Assembly: GCA_013239625.1 (NCBI GenBank) | Contig: MU054469.1 | Span: forward strand, 15,735,513-15,799,512 | Reading direction: 5' to 3' | Length of the DNA stretch: 64,000 bases | Source of the DNA: Lama guanicoe | Lineage: Eukaryota | Shown: in pieces, positions 25,320 to 38,964 of the stretch | Layout of the letters: every line of letters starts with the position of its first letter | Position numbering within the stretch: position 1 is the stretch's first letter | The notes under the pieces: generated by a model | The model's database searches: none | Told to the model about the DNA's origin: nothing | What the model saw: the letters and a program-made list of their open reading frames with translations, nothing else | Position numbers and translations under genes: made by a program

Positions 25320-25580
25320 GACAGAGCTTGGTGATTAAAGGATCACACATGGGAGTTAGATGCCCTGCATTTGAATTCCAGCTTTGCTGTTAACCAATAG
25401 TGCAAAATTAGGCAAATTATGTAATTTACTCTCAGTACTGTGGTTTTCTTAGTTGTAAAATGGGAAGAAAAGTAATCCCTATATCAGTAGGTAATTTTGA
25501 ATATTAGCATGAGTTCATAAACATAAAGTACTTAGATCAGTGCCTGGCACACAGGAAACTTACAACATAAACCCCTATCA
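25320..25580 (+). mobile_element. MIR SINE
   Basis: gaattccagctttgctg...ctgtggttttcttagttgtaaaatggg...taaagtacttagatcagtgcctggcacac. Confidence 0.75.
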
Positions 25581-26827
25581 TTCTCCACTATTAAACCACA
25601 GATCCTCTTCAAATCAATAAAAAAGATAGATATAAAGTGCTTTCATTTCTTACATTCCTAGGAGAATACCTGATTTTAACTCCAGAAGAAAATGTACAGT
25701 TTACCCACATAGTGTAAGCATGTATATACATGCAAAAGACAACTGAAATGCTGTGTTGTGTGGAAGTATTATGGTGAGGTGTTGTTGTAAGGATGTTGCA
25801 AGTTATATGGCTTAGAACTTATTTTATTTAGATAGAAATCTATTAACTGTTGAAGACCTCTTCTGAATTAGACTTTGCTTACAGAGGTCCTTCTGTGGTA
25901 TTTTTAACTGGGTTATTTTTTTTTTACATATTGTTACTTTTTATTATAGTTTTGAAACTTTACACAAAAGTAGGAAAAGCAGGATATGTACTCATTATCC
26001 AATTTTGGCACATTTTTCACTCCTCTTCCAAACACTGCTGGAGTATTTAAACCAAACCTAGCTATCATATTTTGCCTCTTAATATTTCAGAATTTATTTA
26101 TAAGAAATAAAGATCTCCTTTCTAGAAAAAGTAACCAGGATTGCAGTAACCCAGTCATACAATTGCACCTAAAAAAATGATCAAAATTCTTAATATTCAA
26201 ATTGTTTAAAAAATGTCTTTATATAGTTGATTTGTTTAAATCAAGAGCCAAACAAGGTAAAATGGGTAGTTTATGTTGTTAACTATTTGATTTTATATTC
26301 CGGAAGATGTTTCATCTTTATACTCATTCTAAAGGGAAATGAATGACCAAGGCTGCAATTTGAAATTAAAATCATGATGACAGCAGAATAGGAAAACCTA
26401 GAGTGAGACGTGGAAGTCTTACAGCTTTGGGTTTTCACTTGTGACGCTGACCTAGGGTTCTAGTTTATGACAGTAGATTCTTTTGCTACTGTAGAAAGAA
26501 GAAAAATAATCCTTTTAAAGTACTTGTGCTATAGGAAGCATATGGAGATAAAAAACAGCCTGTCTGTAGGCATTCCAAGACCCCGAAGCTGCATGAACTA
26601 GTCAACATCTCAATCTTTGAAGTTCCCTGGGTGTAGAACTCCCTCCTGTTTTTCACCTATCCTAAACTCTGAGTCTCTTCCTTAAAAATACTTACAAGGG
26701 ATTTGTTGGTAACACTTGCTCCTTGGTTCTTGTATTTTATAATCATGTCTCGGGTTTTTACTTTCTGTATAGGACTATTTGCATATGCCTCTTAAAACTT
26801 GAATCTAATGTTTTATTGGATTTCATT

Positions 26828-27195
26828 TTTTAAATTGAATATAGTCGATTTATAATGTGTTCATTTCTGGTGTACAGCATAGTGATTCAGTTATACATAT
26901 ATGTATTCCTTTTCATATTCTTTTTTATTATAGGCTATTACAAGATATTGAATATAGTTCCCTGTGCTGTACAGTGGAACATTGTTGTTAATCTATTTTA
27001 TATATGGTAGTTAGTTTCTGAAAATCTTGAACTCCCAATTTATCTCTCCCTACCCCCTAACCGCCCTGGTAACCATAAGCTTATTTTCTATGTCTGTGAA
27101 TCTGTTTCTGTTTTGTAAATAAGTTCATTTGTGTTCTTCTTTTTAGATTCCACATATAAATGGTATCATATGGTAATTTTCTTTCTCTTTATGGC
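26828..27195 (-). mobile_element. 5'-truncated L1 3' end with TSD
   Basis: aattgaatatagtcgatttataatgtgttcatttctggtgtacagcatagtgattcag...ttagattccacatataaatggtatcatatgg. TSD ttattggatttcatt (26813-26827) / ttattggacttcatt (27196-27210). Confidence 0.85.
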
Positions 27196-27637
27196 TTATT
27201 GGACTTCATTGTTTTCTAAAATATTATTTAATATGACTGCCACTGAAGTCCCCAAGTGTTTTTACAAGGAGAGACTTTATAATCCCTCTATAGGTCGCTT
27301 GTAATTATCAGAATAAATGAGATTCCCCTTTCAAAGGAGATGGATAGGAAAAAAGTAACAAAGGTAGTATTTATAAAGATAAGATGTTAACATCTTTGTT
27401 TGATGGGGGAATCTAAAATTAAATGAACCCACATCCTTCTGTGGATTCCCATGGTATAACCTCTTGCAGCTATGAAAACTAATGAGTAAATCATCTTTAT
27501 TGATTAGGACCTCAAAATAGAGTGTCTTTTATCTTGCATGCTTCTTTCCCTCAGGTCCCATTTATTATTGTAAAATTACCATTGCTTCTATATTTCCTTT
27601 TATAATGTCTTCTGGAGTCTGGTTTGATAAAACTATA

Positions 27638-28325
27638 TAGAGTTAAGATACTAGGCTCTGGAATAAGGCTGGATCTAAATCTTGGTTTCATCACTTCCTA
27701 GCTGAATGTCTTTGGATAAGTCTCTTAACCTTTCTGTGCTTTGGTTTATTCATCTGTAAAATGGATGTAAAATACCTATATACCTATCTTGTTATAAAAT
27801 ATATTTGATTATAGTTCGGCAAATATTCACTGCCATTTCCCTTGGGGTAATTTTCCCTCCCTATCAATGTTGGTCTTGGTTATGGAATGTGGCTGGAAGT
27901 GATGGTGTGCCAGTTCCAAGCCTTGCAGCATGTGTTTTCATTTACCCTCTACCATCACTATGAGAAGAGCATGCCCCAGACAGCTGTTCTTCCCAAAGTA
28001 ATGAGACACATATGCAGCAGATCTAACCTAACAAACACCCTACAGCCAGTCTCCCCTGCCCACAGCCTGAAGCAGAGCTATGCAGCAGCACTTAACCTAG
28101 ATCACCCAAACCACAGCTGGCCTGCAGGGATGAGAAAGAATAAATGCCAGTTGCTGTAAGGTATTGGATTTCTGGGTAGCTTGTTACAAAGTATTATTGC
28201 AGCAATAGCTGACTAATACACAAGATTATTGTGAAGAACAAATAAGATAATTTAGGTAAATCATTTAGCCTAGTGCTAGGCATATAGTCAGTACTCTGCT
28301 CAATTAATGTTTACTATGACATTAT
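27638..28325 (+). mobile_element. MIR split by an MLT1 solo LTR (~27800-28221)
   Basis: MIR 5' half (ggctctggaataagg...catctgtaaaatgg), then an MLT1 ending ttgttacaaagtattattgcagcaatagctgactaataca, then the MIR 3' half (agattattgtgaag...tagtgctaggcatatag). Confidence 0.7.
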
Positions 28326-29042
28326 TATTACTATCATCATCATCATCACTATTACTATTTCTTTTCTGGGTAAAAATGTCCAAGCCATATATTGTGATTA
28401 ATTTATAACACAGCATTAGACCATATACAGTGAACAATGCTCTGAGTTGGCATCCACACAGCTCCTAGCATTGGCAATAGACGGTGCTTATTCTGGCAGA
28501 TGCTGACATCTCTTGAACTCTGCCTGTGGCTCATGTGGTTCCACCTCTTCTCTACTTTAGCCTACTCAGCCTCTTATCTAGTTTTGTATAAAAAACTTGT
28601 TTCACAAGCATACATCCAGAACTTTTTTGTCTTATGTTTATGCCAGTGGTTACTGAACTCCATTTTTGCTACCTTTGTTCACTGATTAGCCCCCAAATAA
28701 TCTAGTGTATGGGCTATGGAGGGCATAGTTAGAGGAGGAAGTCCTTTGGGATATAAGTCAGGAAATTATATGAGGTGTAAGGAGTAGGGACAGACGAAAG
28801 TAATGAAAAGTCCCAGCTTAACTTTTATTTAGTTTGACCTTTGCTTGCTCTATAAATTTTATTTTCCATTACAGTAATACCTAAGGTCATACTGTTACAT
28901 ACAATGTGCTAAAAAGAAAAGGTACGTGTCAAGAATTCTCACTGAAAATCTGAATTCTGCCTCGTGACTTACAAGTCAATAAATAATTATTGGGCAGTTG
29001 AAATATATCTTGTGCTGATATATGACAGTGTATATAATACAT

Positions 29043-29652
29043 ACCATATTTGATTGATTCTAAGACATGCCTTTGTTCATATTTTAACATCTCTGAAATC
29101 AACATGCAGCTTATAATTGGTGGTATGTGGTAGTTTGATTGTCATAGCTTTTGTTGTGATTATTGATATCTCACTGTCTTATGGTGACACTTATTTCTTG
29201 TTCACATTATGCAGAGCAGTGGGGTTGGCTGTGGCTCCACTGGCCTTTGTTCTGGTTGGTCTGACTGGACTTGACTGTACAGCTATGTATGTTGTTCTAG
29301 AAACCAGTCAGAAGGACAGGCCACTTTCTGGGTCTATTCTACTATTATCTCACGGTTGAAGGAAGAAGCAAAAGCTAAATCTAACCTCACAGACGTTTTT
29401 AAAGCTTTTGGACACGGCCTCAGTCATGTCTACTCACGTTTAATTGGTCAAAGCAAGTCACGTGGTCAGTTCTGACAATGGCATGGAGAAGTGTGCTCCA
29501 CACACTGTGAGGCTGGTAAGGGAAGATGTGGACGGACGTTGGGAATAACAGCACAATGTACACAGCACAGCTGCACTTCTCCTTTTTTCATGGTACTTAA
29601 AACAATGGTGTGTCTCACAATAGTTGGCATCTGAAGAGTCAATGTAATATGA
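29043..29652. mobile_element. MER104-like (TcMar-Tc2) element with an internal MLT1-like insert
   Basis: 5' end ccatatttgattgattctaagacatgcc...ttttaacatctctgaaatc and 3' end tcacaatagttggcatctgaagagtcaatgtaatatg. The internal attggtcaaagcaagtcacgtgg is MLT1-like. Confidence 0.5.
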
Positions 29653-29949
29653 TAATCTTTATTAGGATTTAAGAGAATCTGTTCTTTAGGCATAATATCT
29701 TGATGAGCTTCTTTTTACTTTCTTCTAGTTGGGTTTTAAAGGCTAAAAGCAGAAATTCATTTACTTTTTCCATGTTTTTTTTTCCTCATTAATTCAGAAC
29801 ACTTAATAATGGATATAAAAGAGATTCATTGACATTCTTTCGTTAATCCTGAATTAAGTCATTATTGTTACCTAATTTACCCTAATTTCAGTGGGTAAAG
29901 GAAGCTGAATTATGAGAAGTGACCCCAGGACTAGGCTTGTTGCATCATT

Positions 29950-31600
29950 TATTATTAATTCATTCGCACAGCAGATACTTACAGAGTGCCTACTACGTGC
30001 AGGCACGTTCTTGTCACAGGAGATTCAGCAGGATATAAGGCAGACAAGATTCTCGATCTCACAGTGATTGTATTCTAGTACAGAGTGACAGACAACAAAC
30101 AGGTAAATGAGAAAATTTAAGGTGCTGATGAGTGCCATGAAGAATAGAACTCATGATTACATAATAGAGAACAGGACAGGGGAGGGTATTTTAGATGAAA
30201 AAGTGAAACCTGATAGCAAGGTGTCCACCATGGAGGACTCCTGGGAGAAGAGCATTCCAAGCAGAGGGAATAGCAAGTGCAAAGACCTCAGGGTAGTAGA
30301 AGAAGCTAAGTTCAGGTATAGGTTGTGCAGTTGTAGTAAAGAGATAAAAAAATACAATGACTTAAATATAAGAGTCAGCCCTTGAGATGGCCAGTCTAGC
30401 TTCTACCCTTTTACCATCACACTAGTATTCCAGTCAGCAAGAGTGGGGGGAGGGGGGCAGAAGCCGTATTCCTTCCATTTAAAGACACAACTTGGGAGTT
30501 GCACACATCTCTTTGCTCACATCCTATTGGCCAGAATTTGCCATATGACCAAATCTAGTTGTGAGGGAGGCTAGGAAATGTAGTCATTAGTTTGAATTTA
30601 TGTATCTGGATACTTTGGTGACCCTATTTCTAAATAAAGAAGAGACAATTAGTTGTTAAGGGACAACTATAGTCTTTTCCACAAAGTAAGCAGTAGGTAA
30701 AATTAGTAACATAAACAGAATCCTAAGTATGTAGGGCCTTGCTGAATGTGGCAAGGAGTTTGGATTGTATTTTAAGTATGTATATTAGTTATCTATTGTT
30801 GCTTTACAGATTTTCCCCAAAACCTAGAAGCCTAAAATCACTATTATCTTGTAGTTTCTGTGAGTCAGGAATGTGGGAGCTGCATAGCTGGGTGGTTTTG
30901 ACTCAGGGCCTCTCAGATAATGGATTCAAGATAGTGACAATGGGTACAGTCATCTGAAGGCTTGACTGAGGCTGGGGGGTGGGCTTCCAAGTTGGCTCAT
31001 TCATGTGACTATTGGGAGAAGGCTTCAGTTCATTGCTGACTGTTGGCAGAGGGCTTCAGTTTTTCACCCAATGGACCTCTTCATATGGCTGCTTGAATAT
31101 CCTCATGACGTAGTAGCTGTCTTCTCCCAAGTAAGTGATTCAACAAAAGAGAGCAAGAAGGAAACCGCAATGCCTTTATGTTCTAATCTTGGACATCACA
31201 CACCATCACTTTTGCCACATTCTATTTCTTAGAAGCAAGTCACTAAGTATAGCCCATAGTCAACGGAAGGGGAATCAGGCTCCATTTTTCCAAGGGAGAA
31301 GCAACAAAGAATTTATTAACATATTTTACAACCATCACAGTATAACAGGAAGTCATTGGAATATTTTCAGCAAGAGGGTGCAAGGTCTGTTTTACGTTTT
31401 CAAAGAGTTGGTTTGGTTGTTTTGTGGAGAATCGATTGCATAGGGATAGGAGTGGAAGCAAGGAGTCCAGGTAGGTGGCAGTTACTTAGTTTTAGCAATC
31501 AGTAAATAGGCCTAAGATCAGGATGGGTGCAGTGGAATTAGGGAGAAGTAGTGAGATTTTAGAAGCAGAGCAGAGAAGACCTGATAAGATATCGCTGAAT
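29950..31600 (-). mobile_element. L2 3' region interrupted by two MLT1 solo LTRs (~30313-30683 and ~30779-31338)
   Basis: L2 text attcattcg...gagtgcctactacgtgcaggcac, gaagagcattccaagcagagggaatagcaagtgcaaagacc and ggagtggaagcaaggagtccaggtagg. The MLT1 ends are tgtatattagttatctattgttgc...acaaccatcaca. Confidence 0.7.
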
Positions 31601-31899
31601 TTAACATTAGTGGGTGTCATTTCTTTTTCACATTTTCAATTACAGTGCTTTCTTAAATTAAGTGATCACCTGAATCTTTGGAGAGCTTTAAAAATATGAA
31701 TTACTCATCCTCACTTCCAGACAATCTACTTCAGTAAGTCTGGGACAGGGAGATGATCTATCAGAACTGGAATCCACTGCTCCACTTATTGAATGAGCTA
31801 ACAAGAAGTGCAATTATTATTGTTGCTGTTTTTGCAAAAAGGAATTAGTTACAATGCAGTGGGCTCTATTATCCAAATGCTCTTTTTTGTTACACAATC

Positions 31900-32555
31900 T
31901 CCCTCCCCCCTGTTCAATCAGATACCAATTCCTATGGATTCTTTCTGCAAGGTAACTCTTATAAAGAATCCCTCCCATTACTGTACTAGTCTAAACAATC
32001 ATTTACTACCTCTTAGACTATTGCAAACACCTCTTATGTAATTTGCTACTCTGGTCTCTCGTTCTGCCTTTCATCTGTTGTTAAAGTGATCCTCCTGTCC
32101 CACATTTATGATCTTATCACCTTCATATTAAAAAAGACTCAGTGGCTTCCTAGAACTCTCAGAAAGAAGTCCCTGCTCCTTTAGGATGGTTTTTGTGGCC
32201 ACCAACCATCTGGTCCTATCCTACCTTTGGGGTGACTTCATAGCCCCTTCAACACACTCATTGTAGGCCCACTGAATTATTCACTCTTCCCTTAACTCCA
32301 TTTGCACTTTCACATCTTGACACCTCTCTTCATATTGTTCCTTCCGTTTAGAATCTTCCTCTTTCTCCCTCCATCACCTGACAATATCCTACTATTCATC
32401 CTTTAAGGCCCAATTCAGATGATCACCATCTCTATCCTTCACTCAGAATTAGTCATCCCCTTTTCTTAATTCCTATCTCACTTTTCAAACAAGTTTATTA
32501 TTTATGTTTATGTTCACAGTGCCTAGTAGTGTGCTTGCCCTTAGTGGTCTCAAAA
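31900..32555 (+). mobile_element. L2 fragment
   Basis: cagtggcttcctagaactctcagaaagaagtcc...catcctttaaggcccaattcagat...cacagtgcctagtagtgtgcttgcc. Confidence 0.6.
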
Positions 32556-33149
32556 TAAAAAGTTTTCATAGACAGAATTTATTTCCTCATCTTTATTCAG
32601 TTTTTATGCAATGGAGAAAACAAAAGGCAAACTCATATTAGAAATCTGGCTAATGAAATGTGCATGGAACGTATACCATGGGATCTGTACACATTTAGCA
32701 TAGTCGGCACCCACTGCACTTTACAGCCACATATGGTGGCATCAGTAATTCTGAGGCATTGCAAAAATCTTCACAATCTAAATATTTTATTAAGAATTCC
32801 AGTGACAAGAGCTGAAATATAAAGGTTTGTGGGTCTTTTTTAAAGGCTTTATCACGTTTAGTTAGAAATTTAAGTTAACAAGAACATTCCATTCCCTAAA
32901 CATTCCAATTAATTGGTGTTTAGCATATGGGTTACCAAATTTGTCTTTTTGAAGTTTGCATTTAGAGATTGTAAATGAATCTATTAGGATGAATTTCTAG
33001 GTCAGTCAGGTTTTGATTTGCAATATTTAATGTTTGCACAATTCCACCCTTGCCTGACCTTTCAAAATTATTTTAACAGCCCTACATTTACTTTCCTAAT
33101 GGAATGATTTGCTACAAAGTGGCTACAGCGGGAAGTCTGGAAGGACATT

Positions 33150-33620
33150 ATAACATTCTTTTGGCTGTCAAAATCCATCTGTCCTTGTGTTTCTTCATTG
33201 TGTGTGCTCTTGGGATATAGGGCCTCACTTTCCACTGTGGATGCCAAAGAGTTTGAATCTCACTCTCCCCACACCCTGGAATATGGAGCAGGGGCCCCAA
33301 CATCTGGCTGTGGACCCTCCAATCCAGGCCTGTGCTCCCTGACATGAAGGAAGAACATCTGGGGCAGCTCATGGGGTCAGCATGATGTCCAGCGGTAGTA
33401 TCTAGAAGGTGTGGTGCAGCCAAAGCAGAGATGGTGGCATCCTGGATAGTCTTTCTATGGTCTCGTCTCCTGAGGCCCTGGGTTCTTGCCTGGTTCCCAA
33501 GCCTGTTCTCTCAGCCTCTTGGATTTCATGAGCCCCCTTTCTGCCAACGTATTATTATTTTTTCTTCAAACAGTTAGAGCTCGTTTTGTTGCTTGCAAGC
33601 AAGAACCCTCACTAATACCA
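33150..33620 (+). mobile_element. ERVL LTR16-like solo LTR
   Basis: ctgggttcttgcctggttcccaagcctgttctctcagcctcttggatt...gttttgttgcttgcaagcaagaaccctcactaatac. Confidence 0.6.
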
Positions 33621-34262
33621 TTCATAGTGCAAGGTGGCAGAGAGAATTCTAGACTCGAGTCAGACTGCTGGCCCACTTACTAGGCAAATGCTTAGTCTTT
33701 AACTCTCCATTTCCTCATCTGCAAAATAGGACACAATCTGTAATTGTGTCAACTGTGTGAGGACTGAATAGAATAATCTCTGTAAAATACTTAGCATGGG
33801 CCCTGGTGCATGAAAAGCATTCAGTAAATAATAGCTTTTGTATTACTAAATGCTATGTAATTGTCCGTGTGTTTAGGCCACAGAACTCCACTGCTCACCA
33901 AATAAAAAGATGCCCTGTGCACACTCTGTGCTCAGTATTGAACTTCATTTTTTCCCCATGCTGGGGTTTTGTTTTGTTTTGCTTTGTTTTCCAGTTTAGG
34001 ATTTTGGTGCCGTCCCATGCAGTACATCATTATAATACTGTACGTCCTGAGACTTTCTTGGGGAGTGCAGCTTTTAGTCACTGTACCTGGGTCTTCTCTC
34101 TTCTGTCTGTCCCTGCTAGCTCTTCCTCACCTCCAGACTCAAAAGGAGATCACCTGCACTAAAGACTGACTGTCTTCAGATGGCAAGGGCAAAACTGAGT
34201 TGCAGCACGAGTCTTACTTCAGCAACTGGTATATAGATTTAGTAACTTTAATGGGAATTTAA

Positions 34263-34285
34263 ATATATATATATATATATATATA
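34263..34285. repeat. (AT)n microsatellite
   Basis: atatatatatatatatatatata read directly. Confidence 0.9.
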
Positions 34286-36504
34286 CAGCCTATATCCCAA
34301 GACTTATTATAGGATCCTGTATTTATCTACTTAGCTTTTGATGAATTTTTTTTTCTCCCACTGAAATGTATAACGTCCTCTTGTTGTTAAACGGTGGAAT
34401 CTCCTTCACTCAACTTCCTCCCCCTGGGATGTAATAAAGAGACAAGTTACACCCCAACAGCATGTTGGAGAGAAATTTTCTGTGGAAGAAAAATGTTTTT
34501 TACTACATGTAATGTTTCTCAAAGGAGGTGGGTCAAAACATAGGTATCAATCCTCTGTAACCATTTACTGAATACTGTACTTGGTTTGAGAATATTAAAA
34601 ATGTAATATGCTATTTTTGAAAGTTTGTGTATTTTGTTATGGATGTTTTAATTTCTATAACATCCATGTGTAAATGAGAATAAAGAAAAAATTAAAATTA
34701 TTTACTGTGTCAATATGCTCTATTTTCCCAAAAAAGGTGACAGGAGGGCTGAGCAGAGAGAAGCAGAGTCTAGTGAAGGTGAAAGTATACCTCACCAGTC
34801 TGGGAGTTGGCAGACTGGGGACTTTTATCCTGGATTGGCCACTTCCTAGTGGGATCCTGTGCTCAGCCTCACTCTCCTAAGTTGTGGATTGAGAACAAGT
34901 AGATGCTCAAGGGTGGTTGTGAGAAATAAATGACATAATTTGCACAAAACCCTTGACTCATAGCAGGAATTCAATGCATGACAGCTCATGATATAAATCA
35001 ACATAAGATTGTCACAGGTCGAATAATTTTAATGTCACTTGGTTATCTAAAGGAAATGTGATATTATGTGATATTATTATGTCTACTTTAGTTTCTACAT
35101 AAATTGAATGAAGATAAGAGCTCTGTTTCATCAGTGGATGTCATAGAGGAAGGCAATGACAATTCAAGATAACTCAGATATTGAGTTAAGTTTTATATTT
35201 ATCAGAATTTGGAATAATTACTGAAAATATTCTGTGTTTAAGTAGGTCTTATTATGATATTAGGGCCGTAACCCCAAGGAAACTATTCTTGTTTGGGTGA
35301 TACTATTTAGATATTAAATAATTAGGCAGATAATGCCCTCAATTTACTTCAGGATCCAGAAAACTCCATTTTAAAAATTGTTCAAAAGCAAATTTGAGTA
35401 ATAGGGTGAACATACGTGTGAGCTATAAGTATCAATGTAAAAATTTTAGATATTTGCTGCATGTAAACTTTTTTCTTTCTTTATAACTGAACCCAGTCTC
35501 CATTTCACAAGACAACAATGCTAGCAGGTGGAAATGAAACCTCCAGGTAATCCCAGCTGATTTGGTTTTCTCTCATGCCCACCTCCTACACTTTTCTCAC
35601 TGGGCTGGCACCTACATGGCAGGTAGGTGGGTAGGTGGCATTTACTCCTCAGCCACGGTCACCTCTCCAGCTGACATCCTCTGAGATGGAAGTTCTTGTG
35701 GAGTCTCTGATCAAACATTTTGGGTGCAAGCCTACTTCAGTTCTGCAGACTTCCATTCCCGGCCACACATGAAACACACACCATGGTGAGTGGAGAGTAT
35801 TTACAGCCACCCCAGCACCTCTGTCCAGGCTTCTGCACACCACTGTGCCTACCCCACTGGACCTGCCTGTACTCTGGTGGGCTGGTGCTTTCCAGCCTCC
35901 ATCTGGGAAAGGAGGCATGATTCACCTCTACTCTCTGCCCTCTGCCTTCAGATTCCCTCATACCAAGCAAGTGTTCTAATTGTTCCTCTTGCTCCCTAGG
36001 GAACTGGGCCCCAGGTGGGAGGCTACAGTCAGGCTCCTTCCCTTGTGTCAACTCCTTTGCTCCTTCTTTCTCTCAGCTACATAGAATTGTAATCTATTTC
36101 TGGATTGGACTTCCTTTGGCTCATCGTTTCTCTTTTGGAACCTACTTTTTAAGGCACAAACTTTATAATCTAAATCCTTCAAGTCATTGGGTCTTGATAC
36201 TCAAAATCTAGATTTTTAAAACTCAAAGAAAAATGTTTTCTTCCAAACACTTTTTTTCTGCCTTGAATTTCACAAGTCCATTTTAAATCTCAAAAATCAC
36301 AGACAACTCATATTTTTCCATAAATTTCTTTTGTAACATCCTTACCCTGAGGCAATGGATGCCAAAGTCTAGTTTGAACAAATGAGTGCATGGGATAGAA
36401 AGGAATTAACAGGTATAAACAAACAAAACACTTCTCAATACATCAAAATATTGTCTTGCCACAAATGGAATCTGCCTGACACCTGGATTTAGTTTCTTTT
36501 TAGT

Positions 36505-36997
36505 TGTCAGGCCTATATAATTTTCTAGTTAATGGCCTGAGAGACTGACTATACAAATGGACAATGGCCAGACCATGTATGATGACAGAACTCTGGCCCA
36601 TAACCTCTGAAGCAACAAGTCAGAGAAGCCAAACCAACTTCTCTGCCACAATCATCCCAGAATGATTGGAACTTGGTCAATGACTGCCAGCCACCCCACC
36701 TCCTCCTCATCACTTCCTTCCAACTCAGGACCAACCAGAGAAAGTCAAATATGCTCCCCAAACTGATCCTCCTCAAAGCAGGATGCCCTGCTTCTAGTTA
36801 GCCCTCTCCAGCTTCTCCAAGCCAACACCCTCCAATTAGAGCACACCTGAAGACTTTTTTCCCCCTCACTATAAAGTTTTCTTACTTCCATGCCTGCCTT
36901 TGAGTCTCTGCCATATGCAGGTGATGGTGGCTGACTGCCGTGCTCTAAATAAATAGCTTCTACTTGTTCCCATTTGGGTAGTCTCCATTTATTTCCA
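36505..36997 (+). mobile_element. ERV1 solo LTR, MER34-like
   Basis: ggacaatggccagaccat...gaactctggcccataacctctg...gacttggtcaatgactgccagc...caactcaggaccaaccagagaaag...TATA-like cactataaag...aataaa near the 3' end. Confidence 0.7.
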
Positions 36998-37246
36998 TTT
37001 ATTTATGTTTATTACACATAAAGCTATTATATTCAGATATACACATTGGTAGTTAAGTTTAAAAATTTTTTTGAGCATAGAGATGCTTGGGGTAAATAAA
37101 TACCAGACTTTGATCTCTGCTTCAATGGACAAGGATTAAAAGTTATAACTCAAACTGACCTTTTTTTGAACTTATAGTACTGATATGCTTGCCCCTACAG
37201 ATATAGGAGAAATGGTCTTGAAAGTGTATATGAAAATCTCGTTTTT

Positions 37247-37382
37247 GGTTTTTTTTTTACTTTTGGGGGGAGGTAATTAGGTTTATTTATTTATTTTTTT
37301 AGAGGAGGTACTGGGGATTAAACCCAGGACATCATGCTTTCTAAGCATGTGTTTTACCACTTGAGCTATATCCTTCCCCCCA
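37247..37382 (-). mobile_element. Vic-1-like camelid SINE with TSD
   Basis: ttggggggaggtaattaggtttatttatttatttttttagaggaggtactggggattaaacccaggac...cacttgagctatatccttccccc. TSD aaaatctcgttttt (37233-37246) / aaaatctcattttt (37383-37396). Confidence 0.85.
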
Positions 37383-38074
37383 AAAATCTCATTTTTATAA
37401 ATTAAAATTATTATGTTTTAGCAAATTACTATTACAAAGGACCCTGGTGTACATTATTTTGAAAATGAAGAACGTTTTTATTAGGTAGGTGATTATTCCT
37501 CATGTGTCAGCTTTCCTTAAATTGGCACACATCCGTATTAGTCTGTACATATAAACTTAAGGCTATTGTAAGATAATAATGATCCTTAGAAGAGTAGGTG
37601 ATACACATTTGCATACAGAAATTTGTGCAGTTTTATTTTTAGTTCACTTTAATGGATAATATGTGGTCTTAACAACAACACACCAAAATACAACTTACTA
37701 TTCTCATTTCACAAGTGAAGAACTGAGTATTAAAGTAAAATTACTTGCTCAAGGCCTCACTGAAGGCTGAAGCCGCTTATTCTCCTGCAAAGTCTGTTTG
37801 AAGCTACCAGCTGGGAAGCTTCTTCTATCTCTGTGTCTGAAGGAAGGCCCCGCATTCCTTTGGGAAGACCATGGTCTTAACCATGACCCTATGGCAAAGA
37901 GGGTGAGGATGTTCTCAAAACAGTAAGGAGAGGAGGGGATCCCCACCCAGGGATGTGCCATGCTGAGTTAACCTGGTGTTTAATGGCAGAGCTAATCATG
38001 GCCTCATGACCCACATACACAAGTAGTGGAACCAGAAATAAATCCAGGCCTTCCCATGCAAAGGGGATTTCTTC

Positions 38075-38632
38075 ACACTGTGAATTTGACCATCTTGCTC
38101 TTAAAATTCTGACCCCTTCCCATCCCTTACCCCACATAATCTGGCCTCTGCATTCCTCTTTCACTGTTTTCTCCACCACCCACCTCCTCCTCACTCTCAA
38201 CGTTCCAGATACTTTAAATTTCTCAAACATGCTGAGTGCATTCTTCGGCTCCTTTAGAATTCTGACTGGAGCACTTCTCCAGGATTACAAGACCTCTACA
38301 TAGGCAGTTCTTATCTTTCCTGATTCAGGTCAAATGTCTCCTTTTAAAGGTCTATCATGACTCTTTTAGCTAAAGCAGACTCCAACCTCTATACTCACCC
38401 TACTCCAGTTCCTCTTTATCACATTGTTCTCTCATGTCACATACCTGGATCTAAAATTGTGTGCTTTATTACTTATTTGCTTATTTATTGCCGCCTTTGC
38501 AGACTACAAGCTTCTTGAGATTTGGGAACTTGTCTGTCATCTTTGCTGCTGGATCCCAAGCACTCAGAACATCGTGCCTGGAATATAGTGAGCTCCCAAT
38601 ACATATTTGTTGAATAAAGGAATGAATAAATC
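38075..38632 (+). mobile_element. L2 3' end
   Basis: Ends gcactcagaacatcgtgcctggaatatagtgagctcccaatacatatttgttgaataaaggaatgaat. Confidence 0.75.
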
Positions 38633-38964
38633 ATGAATCCCAATTGAGAATGACAGCTCTGGACCCATTCTTCAGAAAAAAATGCCCTGAATTTTTGTAT
38701 ATAATTTCAGGAGAGTCTAAAGCCCTGGGAAAGTCATCTATAGCCTTAGTTAAAGCTCCTGCATTATAGTAATGCTGTTTCATGTTTTTTTGAAATTAAT
38801 TCTGAATTTTGTTCTTTAAATTTAAACATGAGCATGAATTTTAAAAGTATGCTTAAGATGGTGTATAACAAATCATAGGCCAATTGGTTTTGAATAAAAT
38901 AGATCCCTGAGGATAGTTACATCAATGATCCTAATGACCTTATTTCATTAAATGAAGATAACTT

